Positions 18,297 to 26,699 of a DNA stretch of 33,231 nucleotides are shown piece after piece. Location: the IMG/VR virus record IMGVR_UViG_2874956758_000003; one strand, written 5' to 3'. Origin of the DNA: a virus (taxonomy: Duplodnaviria; Heunggongvirae; Uroviricota; Caudoviricetes). Made by a program: the position numbers and the translations under genes. Numbering within the stretch: the first letter of the stretch is position 1; every line of letters starts with the position of its first letter. Under the pieces are notes generated by a model, which saw only the letters and a list, made by a program, of their open reading frames with translations, was not told where the DNA came from and did no database searches.

Positions 18297-18557
18297 TCAG
18301 GCACGCATCGGATACTGGCTTTTTTTCTGAGATTTTCCGTTCCGCTTTTGCGCAGTCTGCGCAGATTTTTTCTGCGCACTTTGTTGCGCAGTTTTACGCA
18401 TTTCTGTCTGCGCATTTTTCGGAGGTTTTTTGATGTAACGACGGGCTGTTGCGTAATTCAGTCCCCTTGCTTCACACCATGCCACCGGAGATATACCGGA
18501 GCGGGTGTATTCAGCAATATACTCCTGCTGCAACGCCCCCCAGTCCGGTCTGCTCAT
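18297..18557 (-). CDS. small HTH protein, possible detached N-terminal part of the terminase small subunit
   Basis: MSRPDWGALQQEYIAEYTRSGISPVAWCEARGLNYATARRYIKK (HTH-like) followed by a Lys/Gln/Ala-rich low-complexity tail encoded by the TGCGCA repeat region. Different frame from 17467-18222. Confidence 0.35.
   Translation of the reverse strand: MSRPDWGALQQEYIAEYTRSGISPVAWCEARGLNYATARRYIKKPPKNAQTEMRKTAQQSAQKKSAQTAQKRNGKSQKKSQYPMRA
18349..18414. repeat. periodic palindromic hexamer TGCGCA repeats (5 copies + 1 degenerate in 66 bp)
   Basis: TGCGCA at 18349, 18358, 18373, 18385 and 18409, with ACGCA at 18396; spacing 9-15 bp; each preceded by a T-rich run. Confidence 0.6.
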
Positions 18558-18719
18558 CAGTTAGTCCTGATTTTTATCCACCCTGAGTAGTTCGCACAGA
18601 GCAAAGGCATCCCCTTTTCTGGCAAGCTTAAACAATGCCGCTCGTAACTTGGCTTCACCTTTCGCTCCGCCCTTACGGATGGGCGCATAAAATCTCGCTC
18701 ATACAGCCTTGCTTTATGA

Positions 18720-18757
18720 ATAAAACGCCCCCCAGCAGCCAGTGCTACTGGGGGCGG
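18720..18757 (-). terminator. intrinsic terminator downstream of trkG
   Basis: GC-rich hairpin (GCCCCCCAG...CTGGGGGCGG) followed on the minus strand by UUUUAUUC. Confidence 0.5.
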
Positions 18758-18839
18758 AGGTGTTGCTGGTAAAGTTAGGTATTGGATCAATGAGTGAGTC
18801 AACATAATATTAAACTCACAATTATAAATCAGCCATATA

Positions 18840-20297
18840 TTAGGAGCGCCCAAAAAAACCTGAAAACAATATAATAACAGGATAAATTTCAAGGCGACCA
18901 AGAATCATAGCTATGCACATTAAATATTTTGCAATGTCATTAAGCACTCCGAATGACGATGCAGTAGCCCCAAAACCTAATCCCATATTATTAATACATG
19001 CAGCCACTGTTGCAAATGATGTAAGAAAATCATATCCCATACCATTTAACACCAGTATAAAAAACACCGTGAAGAGAGTATAAAGAAAAAAGAAACTCCA
19101 TACAGACCTCATGACACGATCTGTAACTATCTTCCCTCCTACATTTACACTCAACAACGCTCTGGGATGAGAAAGCTGGTTTATCTCGTGTTTGCTTTGT
19201 TTGAAAAGTATAAGAAATCGAAGTGACTTAATTCCACCACAAGTTGAACCTACACATCCCCCAAAGAAACTTGACAACAGCAAAAACACTATCGTGTGCG
19301 TGGGCCAGTTTGCATAATCCTGCGTAGCTAAACCATTATCAGTGAGCATGGAGCTGGCAAGAAAAAACGAATGAATAAAACTTCCAGGCAAGTCATACAT
19401 ACCTATATGCCAGACCTGGAAAGAGGTAACAATGATCACCCCTAAGGCTATTAACAGAAAGAAACGAAGTTCAATATCTCTGATTAAAGGTTTTATCGTT
19501 TTCCTGCTAATAACAATATACCAAAGGGTGAAATTGAAAGCCGATAGCAGGGAAAAAGAACCAGCCACCAGCTCAACCAAATAGTTATTAAAATATCCGA
19601 TACTCTCGCTATGAGTTGAGAAACCACCAAGCGAAACTGTGGATATCCCGTGACAAATAGCATCAAACAAAGGCATTCCTGCAAGTCTATAACAGACAAT
19701 ACAAGCAATACCTAATAAAGAATAAGTTATCCAAAGTGTCCGTGACGTATCGGCCAAGCGGGGAGTAAGTTTGTCATCCTTAAATGGCCCCGGCATTTCT
19801 GACTGATAAAGCTTTGCACCACCAATACCCAATAATGGCAATACAGCAACCGCCAGAACAATAACTCCTAAACCACCTATAAAATTTAACTGTGACCGAT
19901 AGTACAAATATGCCCGAGGTAATGAACTAACATCATCAATTACAGTTGCTCCTGTTGTTGTTATTCCAGAAACCCCTTCAAATAGAGCATCGATAAACGT
20001 TAAATTAAGTTCTGAGTCAATCCATAAAGGGAATGCACTAATAACAGAAAACAAAATCCAAAACATTACAATTATAATAAACCCATCACGGGTACGTAAT
20101 TGAATACCAGATTTCTTAGTTGTATACCACGCTCCGCCACCAATGCCAAAAAATATAACGAAAGTTATAAAGAAAACGAACAGGCTTTTTTCTTTATAAA
20201 ACAATGCTACAACCATTGGTGGCAACATTGAAAGACTATAGAGCCAAACCAGGAACCCACACATATGAGTAACAACTCTTACATGAGATGTATTCAT
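18840..20297 (-). CDS. trkG: TrkG/TrkH-family potassium uptake membrane protein (prophage moron)
   Basis: 485 codons from MNTSHVRVVTHMCGFLVWLYSLSMLPPMVVALFYKE (track ORF starts 6 codons earlier); multi-pass membrane protein with GxG-type pore loops; markedly AT-rich compared with the flanking phage genes. In E. coli K-12 trkG sits in the Rac prophage. Confidence 0.85.
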   Translation of the reverse strand: MNTSHVRVVTHMCGFLVWLYSLSMLPPMVVALFYKEKSLFVFFITFVIFFGIGGGAWYTTKKSGIQLRTRDGFIIIVMFWILFSVISAFPLWIDSELNLTFIDALFEGVSGITTTGATVIDDVSSLPRAYLYYRSQLNFIGGLGVIVLAVAVLPLLGIGGAKLYQSEMPGPFKDDKLTPRLADTSRTLWITYSLLGIACIVCYRLAGMPLFDAICHGISTVSLGGFSTHSESIGYFNNYLVELVAGSFSLLSAFNFTLWYIVISRKTIKPLIRDIELRFFLLIALGVIIVTSFQVWHIGMYDLPGSFIHSFFLASSMLTDNGLATQDYANWPTHTIVFLLLSSFFGGCVGSTCGGIKSLRFLILFKQSKHEINQLSHPRALLSVNVGGKIVTDRVMRSVWSFFFLYTLFTVFFILVLNGMGYDFLTSFATVAACINNMGLGFGATASSFGVLNDIAKYLMCIAMILGRLEIYPVIILFSGFFGRS

Positions 20298-20434
20298 ATC
20301 TAAATATTCTTTCAATTATAACCACCTTGCTGCAACATTATGATTATACTGTATAAAATTTAACTCCTCTAAGATCTTACTTCACTGTTCCTTATGAAAC
20401 AATCATCAAAATGAATCATATTGTAGTTAAGATT

Positions 20435-20722
20435 TTACTTTAAACACTGTTCGGTTATGTATTGCTGAGCACCTTCAAGTTGGGCCTGCATCATTACCAG
20501 TCGTTCCCGGAGGGTGAAATAATCCCGTTCAGCGGTGTCTGCCAATCTGGGGGAGACTGCATTATCCACGCTGGAGGCGATGGTGGCTTCACGCACGGAC
20601 AGACAGACTGCTTTGATGTGCAACCGACGACGACCAGCGGCAACATCATCACGTAGAGCATCATTTTCAGCTTTCGCATCAGCTAACTCCTTCAGGTATT
20701 TTGCATCGAGTGCAGCAACATC
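20435..20722 (-). pseudogene. Rz (i-spanin) C-terminal fragment, separated from its N-terminus by IS2
   Basis: ...LDVAALDAKYLKELADAKAENDALRDDVAAGRRRLHIKAVC...AERDYFTLRERLVMMQAQLEGAQQYITEQC matches lambda Rz C-terminal half (from memory); the reading frame runs into the IS2 left end. Confidence 0.8.
20494..20679 (-). CDS. Rz1 (o-spanin lipoprotein), intact, embedded in the Rz frame
   Basis: 61-aa ORF MRKLKMMLYVMMLPLVVVGCTSKQ... with lipobox LVVVGC and Pro-rich body, closely matching lambda Rz1. Confidence 0.75.
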   Translation of the reverse strand: MRKLKMMLYVMMLPLVVVGCTSKQSVCPCVKPPSPPAWIMQSPPDWQTPLNGIISPSGNDW

Positions 20723-20813
20723 TAGACTGGCCCCCTGAATCTCCAGACAACCAGTATCACTTAAATAAGTGATAGTCTTAATACTAGTTTTTAGACTAGT
20801 CATTGGAGAACAG

Positions 20814-21179
20814 ATGATTGATGTCTTAGGGCCGGAGAAACGCAGACGGCGTACCACACAGGAAAAGATCGCAATTGTTCAGCAGAGCTTTGAACCGGGG
20901 ATGACGGTCTCCCTCGTTGCCCGGCAACATGGTGTAGCAGCCAGCCAGTTATTTCTCTGGCGTAAGCAATACCAGGAAGGAAGTCTTACTGCTGTGGCCG
21001 CCGGAGAACAGGTTGTTCCTGCCTCTCAACTTGCTGCCGCCATGAAGCAGATTAAAGAACTCCAGCGCCTGCTCGGCAAGAAAACGATGGAAAATGAACT
21101 CCTCAAAGAAGCCGTTGAATATGGACGGGCAAAAAAGTGGATAGCGCACGCGCCCTTATTGCCCGGGGATGGGGAGTAA
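20814..21179 (+). CDS. insC: IS2 OrfA (InsC)
   Basis: Identical to copy 1 InsC. Confidence 0.85.
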
Positions 21180-22042
21180 GCTTAGTCAGCCGTTGTCTCC
21201 GGGTGTCGCGTGCGCAGTTGCACGTCATTCTCAGACGAACCGATGACTGGATGGATGGCCGCCGCAGTCGTCACACTGATGATACGGATGTGCTTCTCCG
21301 TATACACCATGTTATCGGAGAGCTGCCCACGTATGGTTATCGTCGGGTATGGGCGCTGCTTCGCAGACAGGCAGAACTTGATGGTATGCCTGCGATCAAT
21401 GCCAAACGTGTTTACCGGATCATGCGCCAGAATGCGCTGTTGCTTGAGCGAAAACCTGCTGTACCGCCATCGAAACGGGCACATACAGGCAGAGTGGCCG
21501 TGAAAGAAAGCAATCAGCGATGGTGCTCTGACGGGTTCGAGTTCTGCTGTGATAACGGAGAGAGACTGCGTGTCACGTTCGCGCTGGACTGCTGTGATCG
21601 TGAGGCACTGCACTGGGCGGTGACTACCGGCGGCTTCAACAGTGAAACAGTACAGGACGTCATGCTGGGAGCGGTGGAACGCCGCTTCGGCAACGATCTT
21701 CCGTCGTCTCCAGTGGAGTGGCTGACGGATAATGGTTCATGCTACCGGGCTAATGAAACACGCCAGTTCGCCCGGATGTTGGGACTTGAACCGAAGAACA
21801 CGGCGGTGCGGAGTCCGGAGAGTAACGGAATAGCAGAGAGCTTCGTGAAAACGATAAAGCGTGACTACATCAGTATCATGCCCAAACCAGACGGGTTAAC
21901 GGCAGCAAAGAACCTTGCAGAGGCGTTCGAGCATTATAACGAATGGCATCCGCATAGTGCGCTGGGTTATCGCTCGCCACGGGAATATCTGCGGCAGCGG
22001 GCTTGTAATGGGTTAAGTGATAACAGATGTCTGGAAATATAG
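21137..22042 (+). CDS. insD: IS2 OrfB transposase (InsD)
   Basis: Identical 301-aa product to copy 1. Confidence 0.9.
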
Positions 22043-22053
22043 GGGCAAATCCA

Positions 22054-22235
22054 ACATCACGCTGGCGTATCTGCATGTCAGTAATGATTGCGGTCGCCTG
22101 GTTGAGTTTTTCCTTCACATTATCGCGCTGCTCTTTGTAGGTAATGGCGTTATCACGGTAATGATTAACAGCCCATGACAGGCAGACGATGATGCAGATA
22201 ACCAGAGCGGAGATAATCGCGGTGACTCTGCTCAT
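22054..22235 (-). pseudogene. Rz (i-spanin) N-terminal fragment
   Basis: [39 protein letters not shown]...DMQIRQRDV matches the lambda Rz N-terminus including the TM segment; continues into the IS2 right end. Confidence 0.8.
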
Positions 22236-22729
22236 TGCTGCCCCCACAAACAGACTTCACGCTCAATCTCACGACGGGTCATCAGCCCTTTCCATTGCTT
22301 ACCGCCAGCATATGTCCAGCGACGTAGCTGGTCACATGCGCCTTTGATATCGCCCTGGTTTATTTTGCGAAGAAGCGTCGATGTTCTGAAATTGCCAGCG
22401 CCCACGTTGTAAACGAACGAGTAAAGAGCGCCGCGCGTTGTTTCCGGTATATCGACTTTGATGTACGGGTTAATTTGTCTGGCGACAGTGGCAAGGTCTT
22501 TATTCAGGAGAGCTTTGCATTCTGCTTCGGTATACGTTTTACCAGGCATGATGTCTTTTCCGGTGTGTCCGTGACATACAGTCCATACACCAATGATATC
22601 TTTGTATGGTATGTAGCTGACACCTTCCAGACCATCGTTACCACCTGGGCCAGTGATTAACACAGATGCTATAGCAACAGCCCCGCCACCAATAGCAACT
22701 GCAACAGCCTTGCGTAATGATGGCGACAT
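22232..22729 (-). CDS. SAR endolysin (phage 21 R-like lysozyme)
   Basis: 165 aa; N-terminal signal-arrest-release segment [27 protein letters not shown] followed by a lysozyme catalytic region (...[12 protein letters not shown]...CHGHTG...), near-identical in pattern to phage 21 R as I recall it. Confidence 0.85.
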   Translation of the reverse strand: MSPSLRKAVAVAIGGGAVAIASVLITGPGGNDGLEGVSYIPYKDIIGVWTVCHGHTGKDIMPGKTYTEAECKALLNKDLATVARQINPYIKVDIPETTRGALYSFVYNVGAGNFRTSTLLRKINQGDIKGACDQLRRWTYAGGKQWKGLMTRREIEREVCLWGQQ

Positions 22730-22944
22730 TATTCACCTCTCGCAGCCTTACGCTTATCTTCTCTTATTTTGAAATACAGATTCGTCAGATAAGTCAGAAG
22801 CCCCAGAAGCAGACTTCCCAGCACACCAATCGCAGCCCACTGTGATGGACTGACCTGATCCAACCACTGCAAAAACCAGTAGCCGGCACTGCCGGCGGAG
22901 GTGCCGTAGGCAATGCCTGTTGATATTTTTTCCATCTGATACAT
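22729..22944 (-). CDS. class II holin / pinholin (phage 21 S-like) with dual-start motif
   Basis: 71 aa [71 protein letters not shown]; two TM segments; Met1/Met4 dual start as in S21 antiholin/holin; 1-nt overlap with R. Confidence 0.85.
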   Translation of the reverse strand: MYQMEKISTGIAYGTSAGSAGYWFLQWLDQVSPSQWAAIGVLGSLLLGLLTYLTNLYFKIREDKRKAARGE

Positions 22945-22978
22945 ATCCCGCCCCCGACAGACCTGTGCTATCGGAAAG

Positions 22979-23009
22979 AAAAAAGGCCATCAGCAAAACT
23001 CTGATGGCC
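22979..23009 (-). terminator. intrinsic terminator immediately upstream of the holin gene
   Basis: Perfect 9-bp stem GGCCATCAG / CTGATGGCC with a 7-nt loop, followed on the minus strand by U6; 34 nt before the S start codon. Confidence 0.6.
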
Positions 23010-23118
23010 TGAATCACCTTTACCAATATTGTATGAAAAAACACGCACGACTAATTGACAATAATTTTCATTTCCATTAAAAAAGATCGCGTAGCATTCT
23101 TAATTCATGAGGAACTTT

Positions 23119-23186
23119 ACCCGCCAGCAATCTGAGTAGCGAAAGCTGTTCATCCCCAATGTTTTTGCTGGCGGGTCCTTTTTTCT
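23119..23186 (+). other. 12-bp perfect inverted repeat with 34-bp spacer followed by T6 (plus-strand terminator-like or structured element)
   Basis: ACCCGCCAGCAA ... TTGCTGGCGGGT then CCTTTTTT; lies in the non-coding stretch between the tRNA array and S. Confidence 0.4.
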
Positions 23187-23621
23187 ACGGTCCTCCTCCC
23201 CGGAGGGGGCATTTCATTATTTTTCTAATCGTTACTGGTGAGAAGGCGGAAGAAAAAGCCAGTTCTTCGCCCCTAAATAACAGCATGATTCCAGTCCATG
23301 CAAAATCTGACTTCCAGCTCACACATACCGAACACTGTACAAAAAACCGCCGGCCAAGGCAGTTAAGAGTGTGTTCCCGGGGGGGCTTAGAATATTTTGT
23401 AAGTTGTCCGAAGAGATATTTACAACACCAGAATGATGCATTATCAGTCCCCTGCCAGAGATTCACTACGTAACCTGACCGACAATGCACCATTCTGGTG
23501 CTGAAAAAAGAGCACTGGAACTGCAACAAAACAACATCGCAGAACAGGAGATGGTAAGGAGTCAGACATTCCCACACAATATTGTGTCAGTGCAAATAAC
23601 AACCTTCGTCTCAAATCTCGC

Positions 23622-23696
<75 letters not shown>

Positions 23697-23699
23697 ATA

Positions 23700-23774
<75 letters not shown>

Positions 23775-23776
23775 CG

Positions 23777-23853
23777 CTGGCCCACCACCGAGGACTCGAA
23801 CCTCGCACCGTCAACTTAGAAGGTTGATGCTCTATCCGGATGAGCTAGTGGTG
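23777..23853 (-). tRNA. tRNA-Arg (anticodon UCU)
   Basis: 77 nt; anticodon stem-loop TCAAC-CTTCTAA-GTTGA, T-arm CGAGGTTCGAGTCCTCG, acceptor stem CCACCAC/GTGGTGG, encoded CCA. The 5' C is unusual, so ends are approximate. Confidence 0.6.
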
Positions 23854-23854
23854 G

Positions 23855-23931
23855 TTGGTGGCCCTTGCTGGACTTGAACCAGCGACCTGGCGATTATGAG
23901 TCGCTCGCTCTGACCAACTGAGCTAAAGGGC
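23855..23931 (-). tRNA. tRNA-Ile2 (anticodon CAU, ileX-like; formally could be Met)
   Basis: 77 nt GGCCCTTTAGCTCAGTTGGTCAGAGCGAGCGACTCATAATCGCCAGGTCGCTGGTTCAAGTCCAGCAAGGGCCACCA; resembles E. coli ileX (from memory), anticodon loop CTCATAA. Confidence 0.7.
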
Positions 23932-24021
23932 CGGAGGCAGAATAATAACCATATGTCATCACATCTGCAAACTCATCTGACCACCAGCACGTTTAACGTC
24001 CTGTGCCGTTTTTCAGGTATA

Positions 24022-24045
24022 AAAAAACCCGCATAAAGCGGGCTC
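24022..24045 (-). terminator. intrinsic terminator ~80 bp downstream of the Q-like gene (tR'-like)
   Basis: Minus strand reads AGCCCGC-UUUAU-GCGGG followed by U7. Confidence 0.6.
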
Positions 24046-24121
24046 TTTCAAATGTCCATGTCTGCTATTCGCCTCGCGGCACAGCTTTGCGAAGCGTACA
24101 AGAATTGAAGCAGTTTTTACG

Positions 24122-24676
24122 TCAAAAAGCAATAACTTTTTTCTCTATACCAAAAGCCATAACCATTGGTTTGTACAAAATAAATTCTGCCACCTTTAGC
24201 CAATGCTCAATGCGTCTTTCACAGGTTCTTAAACTCCATTTCGGGTGTGCATCATTCAGCAGTTCAGCCATTTTGCGTTTGGTCATCCCCCGCCCCTCAT
24301 ACCGTTGCCGAAGGACGCTAATCAATCCTGGATGCTCTGCCAGCACCTCACTTATGACCCGATCAATACATAACGCCTCTGCATCAGTACAATGCGCCAG
24401 CCAGCTCTTTTGCTTACCGTTAATCATATCCCGCAAAAAAGCCTCAAGTTCAGACTTGTTCAGACCTGCTTTTTTCATCCTCCGGAGCGCCTCGTTAATT
24501 GCCGTTTTTGTCAGCTTTTTAGAGGTCAACATCAGGTTAAACATATTCCCCGTCTTACCGCCACCAATATACGACCAGCGCCCCCACATACGTAGTTTTC
24601 CCTGAATCCAGACACTTTCCAGCGTGGTGAGACGAAGGTGTTCTCCGCTTTTTCCTGTATTCGTTGGGTAAATCAT
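24122..24676 (-). CDS. putative late-gene antiterminator Q-like protein
   Basis: 184 codons from ATG 24676 (RBS AAGGAGGG; ATGA overlap with the upstream gene's stop). Contains an LRMWGRW segment of the kind found in Q-type antiterminators, and sits between nin-region-like genes and the terminator/tRNA/lysis block. The track ORF extends 40 codons further upstream. Confidence 0.45.
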   Translation of the reverse strand: MIYPTNTGKSGEHLRLTTLESVWIQGKLRMWGRWSYIGGGKTGNMFNLMLTSKKLTKTAINEALRRMKKAGLNKSELEAFLRDMINGKQKSWLAHCTDAEALCIDRVISEVLAEHPGLISVLRQRYEGRGMTKRKMAELLNDAHPKWSLRTCERRIEHWLKVAEFILYKPMVMAFGIEKKVIAF

Positions 24677-24963
24677 AAATATCCCTCCTTTCTCCAGATT
24701 TCTTGTGTGCGAAAAACACCTTCTGCATGCATCAGGCGTAATTCTTCTTTGGTGTAATCGCTGGTTTTTACCCGCCCGTCGATTAAATCGTGGCACGAGC
24801 TACAGGCAATCGCTGCCTGCATATCGTGTGGCTTTATCGCTGTTCCGCACGTTCCCGCCAGTCGGTAATGCGCCAGCACAGACGTTTCCGGATCGTGATT
24901 GCAGTAGCCAGGAATTCTGACGGTGCACATCTGCCCCCGCGCCACTTTACGTAAATCCACCAT
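24673..24963 (-). CDS. YbcO-like phage protein (DUF1364, Cys-rich putative nuclease)
   Basis: 96 aa MVDLRKVARGQMCTVRIPGYCNHDPETSVLAHYRLAGTCGTAIKPHDMQAAIACSSCHD..., matching the DLRK.ARG..C.VRIPG.CN..PETSVLAH pattern of DLP12 YbcO as I recall it. Confidence 0.6.
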   Translation of the reverse strand: MVDLRKVARGQMCTVRIPGYCNHDPETSVLAHYRLAGTCGTAIKPHDMQAAIACSSCHDLIDGRVKTSDYTKEELRLMHAEGVFRTQEIWRKEGYL

Positions 24964-25562
24964 TACGCAAACTCCAGCAGCTGCGCGGCCACATTTTCGA
25001 CTTGTTCCGGAGAGGAAAATTTACGGAACAGGATCCAGTTCCACAGCACATTCAGAACAGATTTATAAACCTGCTGAAACTCGGTTTCGTCCATGTTCGC
25101 AAATGCGATAGATTTTGCCCTGCGCCCACGACTACCATCAGGATAAATATGCTCGGTGTAAAATCCTGCCTGAATGGTTACCCACTCGCGGAAAGCCTCA
25201 AACGACTTTAGCAATGCCGTATTCCGGGTTCTGCATGTCGCAACGGTATTAAGGTATTGCTCTGCGGCATCACTCAGGGCTGGAGTGTGTTCCCGACCTA
25301 CTGATTCGCACAGGTAATCAACGAAGCCTGATACCAGTTTTCGTTCGCGAGGCGTGATCGCCCCACCGCTCGGAGTCCAGTAATCGAATCCCAGTTGCAG
25401 GAGTTTGAAAAAACGCTTGTGAAATGCGTAGTTACGCACACGCTTAAAGTCTGCGTGTATCCACTCACCTGTTTTGATTTGATGCAAAAAATCGCAACTC
25501 TCCGGCGTCGCCGGAAGAAGTAATCCGGAAGAGGTTTGTTTGACCAGTTGTATATGCGCCAT
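24963..25562 (-). CDS. phage protein, DUF1367-like (nin-region protein)
   Basis: 199 aa MAHIQLVKQTSSGLLLPATPESCDFLHQIKTGEWIHADFKRVRNYAFHKRFFKLLQLGFDYW...; position upstream of the ybcO-like gene with 1-nt overlap. Confidence 0.4.
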   Translation of the reverse strand: MAHIQLVKQTSSGLLLPATPESCDFLHQIKTGEWIHADFKRVRNYAFHKRFFKLLQLGFDYWTPSGGAITPRERKLVSGFVDYLCESVGREHTPALSDAAEQYLNTVATCRTRNTALLKSFEAFREWVTIQAGFYTEHIYPDGSRGRRAKSIAFANMDETEFQQVYKSVLNVLWNWILFRKFSSPEQVENVAAQLLEFA

Positions 25563-25633
25563 CGTAGTTCTCCGCTGGCGCAGTAGAATGGGTGTTCAGC
25601 CCGTTATGTAGTATACCAGAATTAATGCCAATA

Positions 25634-25885
25634 CTAACAGGATGCTCTGACTCGCAATTCATCCAGCAGTTTATCATTTCCCATAATGTCACTTACCCTC
25701 ATCGGTAAAAAAATTGCCTTTCGACCATTACGATACATTATTGACTTTGGGGTTTCAGGGAAGTAATCCATTTCGACTATAACTGACAGGTCATCACGAC
25801 GTATGACTGCGTATTTGCTACTAAATAGTTTCTTTATTTTTTCCACGATGCCTCTAGGTTTATAAGTACAAACGGTTATATCCAC
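25634..25885 (-). CDS. small phage protein (83 aa), Rem-like by size and position
   Basis: AT-rich 83-aa ORF between hok and the DUF1367-like gene, the position held by rem in the Qin prophage of E. coli K-12; no motif recognised. Confidence 0.3.
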   Translation of the reverse strand: MDITVCTYKPRGIVEKIKKLFSSKYAVIRRDDLSVIVEMDYFPETPKSIMYRNGRKAIFLPMRVSDIMGNDKLLDELRVRASC

Positions 25886-26030
25886 ATAGAGACAAAAATA
25901 TTAATTTGAAAAATATTTATTTCACGTCGTATATTTGATTATTTAATGTGCAAGTACAATGACTTTTATTTTTTGTTGTGTATATAATCAAATATATGGT
26001 TATTTTTCACCCTGCGTATTCAGCGCGCAA

Positions 26031-26053
26031 CAAAAAACCCGCCGAAACGGGTT
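26031..26053 (-). terminator. intrinsic terminator at the 3' end of the hok transcript
   Basis: Minus strand AACCCG-UUUCGG-CGGGUU followed by UUUUGUUG; ~75 nt downstream of the hok stop. A longer GC hairpin (GGGCGGGG...CCCCGCCC, 26093-26120) lies between it and the CDS. Confidence 0.5.
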
Positions 26054-26128
26054 AAGTGCGGGTGCGTTAAGGATGCCTGACACATCAGAGGTGGGCGGGG
26101 ATGGGATCAGCTCCCCGCCCGGTCACTC

Positions 26129-26284
26129 TTACTTCCTGGATTCGTAGTCTACGAAGACAGCGACCTCCGTCTGGCCGGTTCGGATTCGTACCTCACAGAG
26201 GTCTTTCCTCGTTACCAGTGCCGTCACTATGACGGTTAAACAGATGACGATCAGGGCGACTAACATCGCCTTTTGCTGCTTCAT
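26129..26284 (-). CDS. hok: Hok/Gef-family type I toxin (HokD/RelF-like, 51 aa)
   Basis: MKQQKAMLVALIVICLTVIVTALVTRKDLCEVRIRTGQTEVAVFVDYESRK: single TM helix plus the conserved RKDLCEVRIRTGQTEVAVF core of Hok toxins. An in-frame upstream ATG (26341) extends the ORF to 70 aa. Confidence 0.85.
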   Translation of the reverse strand: MKQQKAMLVALIVICLTVIVTALVTRKDLCEVRIRTGQTEVAVFVDYESRK

Positions 26285-26626
26285 AGCCTGCTTCTCCTTG
26301 CCTTCCGGCACGTAAGAGGCTAACCTACGTGTGCAAGTCATAGATATGGCCTCAGATTAATGTTAAGCGTCCTGCAAGACGCGTAATGTTAACTGGGGCT
26401 TTTCTCTGTCTGCCTTACAGTGGCATGCCCGAGGCAGACAGCCTCAAGCACCCGCAGCCATTCTACTTAACCTTTTAGCTGTTTCCAACATTTTATCTTT
26501 GCACCAAAATTCGCTCGCAACCTATCGATAAATCTAGAATTTTTAAATTAATAGATTGCAATAACATGCGATGTTCTCTTTAACCAAAATCAGGTCACAC
26601 AAAAACCATTCTACAATCCTTGTTGA

Positions 26627-26645
26627 ATAATTATCTGATAATTGT
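26627..26645 (+). promoter_or_regulatory. near-palindromic candidate operator upstream of the XRE-HTH gene
   Basis: ATAATTATC-T-GATAATTGT (one mismatch between half-sites), ~55 bp upstream of ATG 26700, overlapping -35/-10-like hexamers (TTGAAT ... TTTAAT). Confidence 0.4.
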
Positions 26646-26699
26646 TTAATGTATCTTCAATGGTAGTAAAAGACTACCTCCCTTGATTAGGAGGTCACA

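Larger units (their letters stand above)
20723..22053 (+). mobile_element. IS2, complete (1331 bp), copy 2, simple insertion in Rz
   Basis: Same termini as copy 1; flanked by 5-bp direct repeats ACATC (20718-20722 and 22054-22058). Confidence 0.9.

Noticed and set aside
18349-18414. CRISPR array or other regularly spaced repeat-spacer structure (also considered for the CTACG clusters at 30383-30607)
   Set aside because: Repeat units are only 5-6 bp with irregular 9-15 bp spacing and lie inside coding sequence; not CRISPR-like. Kept as possible protein-binding site arrays.
18557-18901. 114-aa minus-strand ORF spanning the terS-upstream gap and the trkG 3' end
   Set aside because: Crosses the predicted trkG terminator and overlaps the trkG stop region; most likely non-coding.
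23159-23577. Overlapping opposite-strand ORFs (104 and 130 aa) in the tRNA-to-holin interval
   Set aside because: They overlap each other, have no RBS and contain the inverted-repeat structure; treated as non-coding.
26129-26341. 70-aa ORF as the hok gene product
   Set aside because: Hok toxins are ~50 aa; the conserved N-terminus MKQQKAM starts at the internal ATG (26284). The upstream extension is more likely a mok-like coupling frame or untranslated leader.
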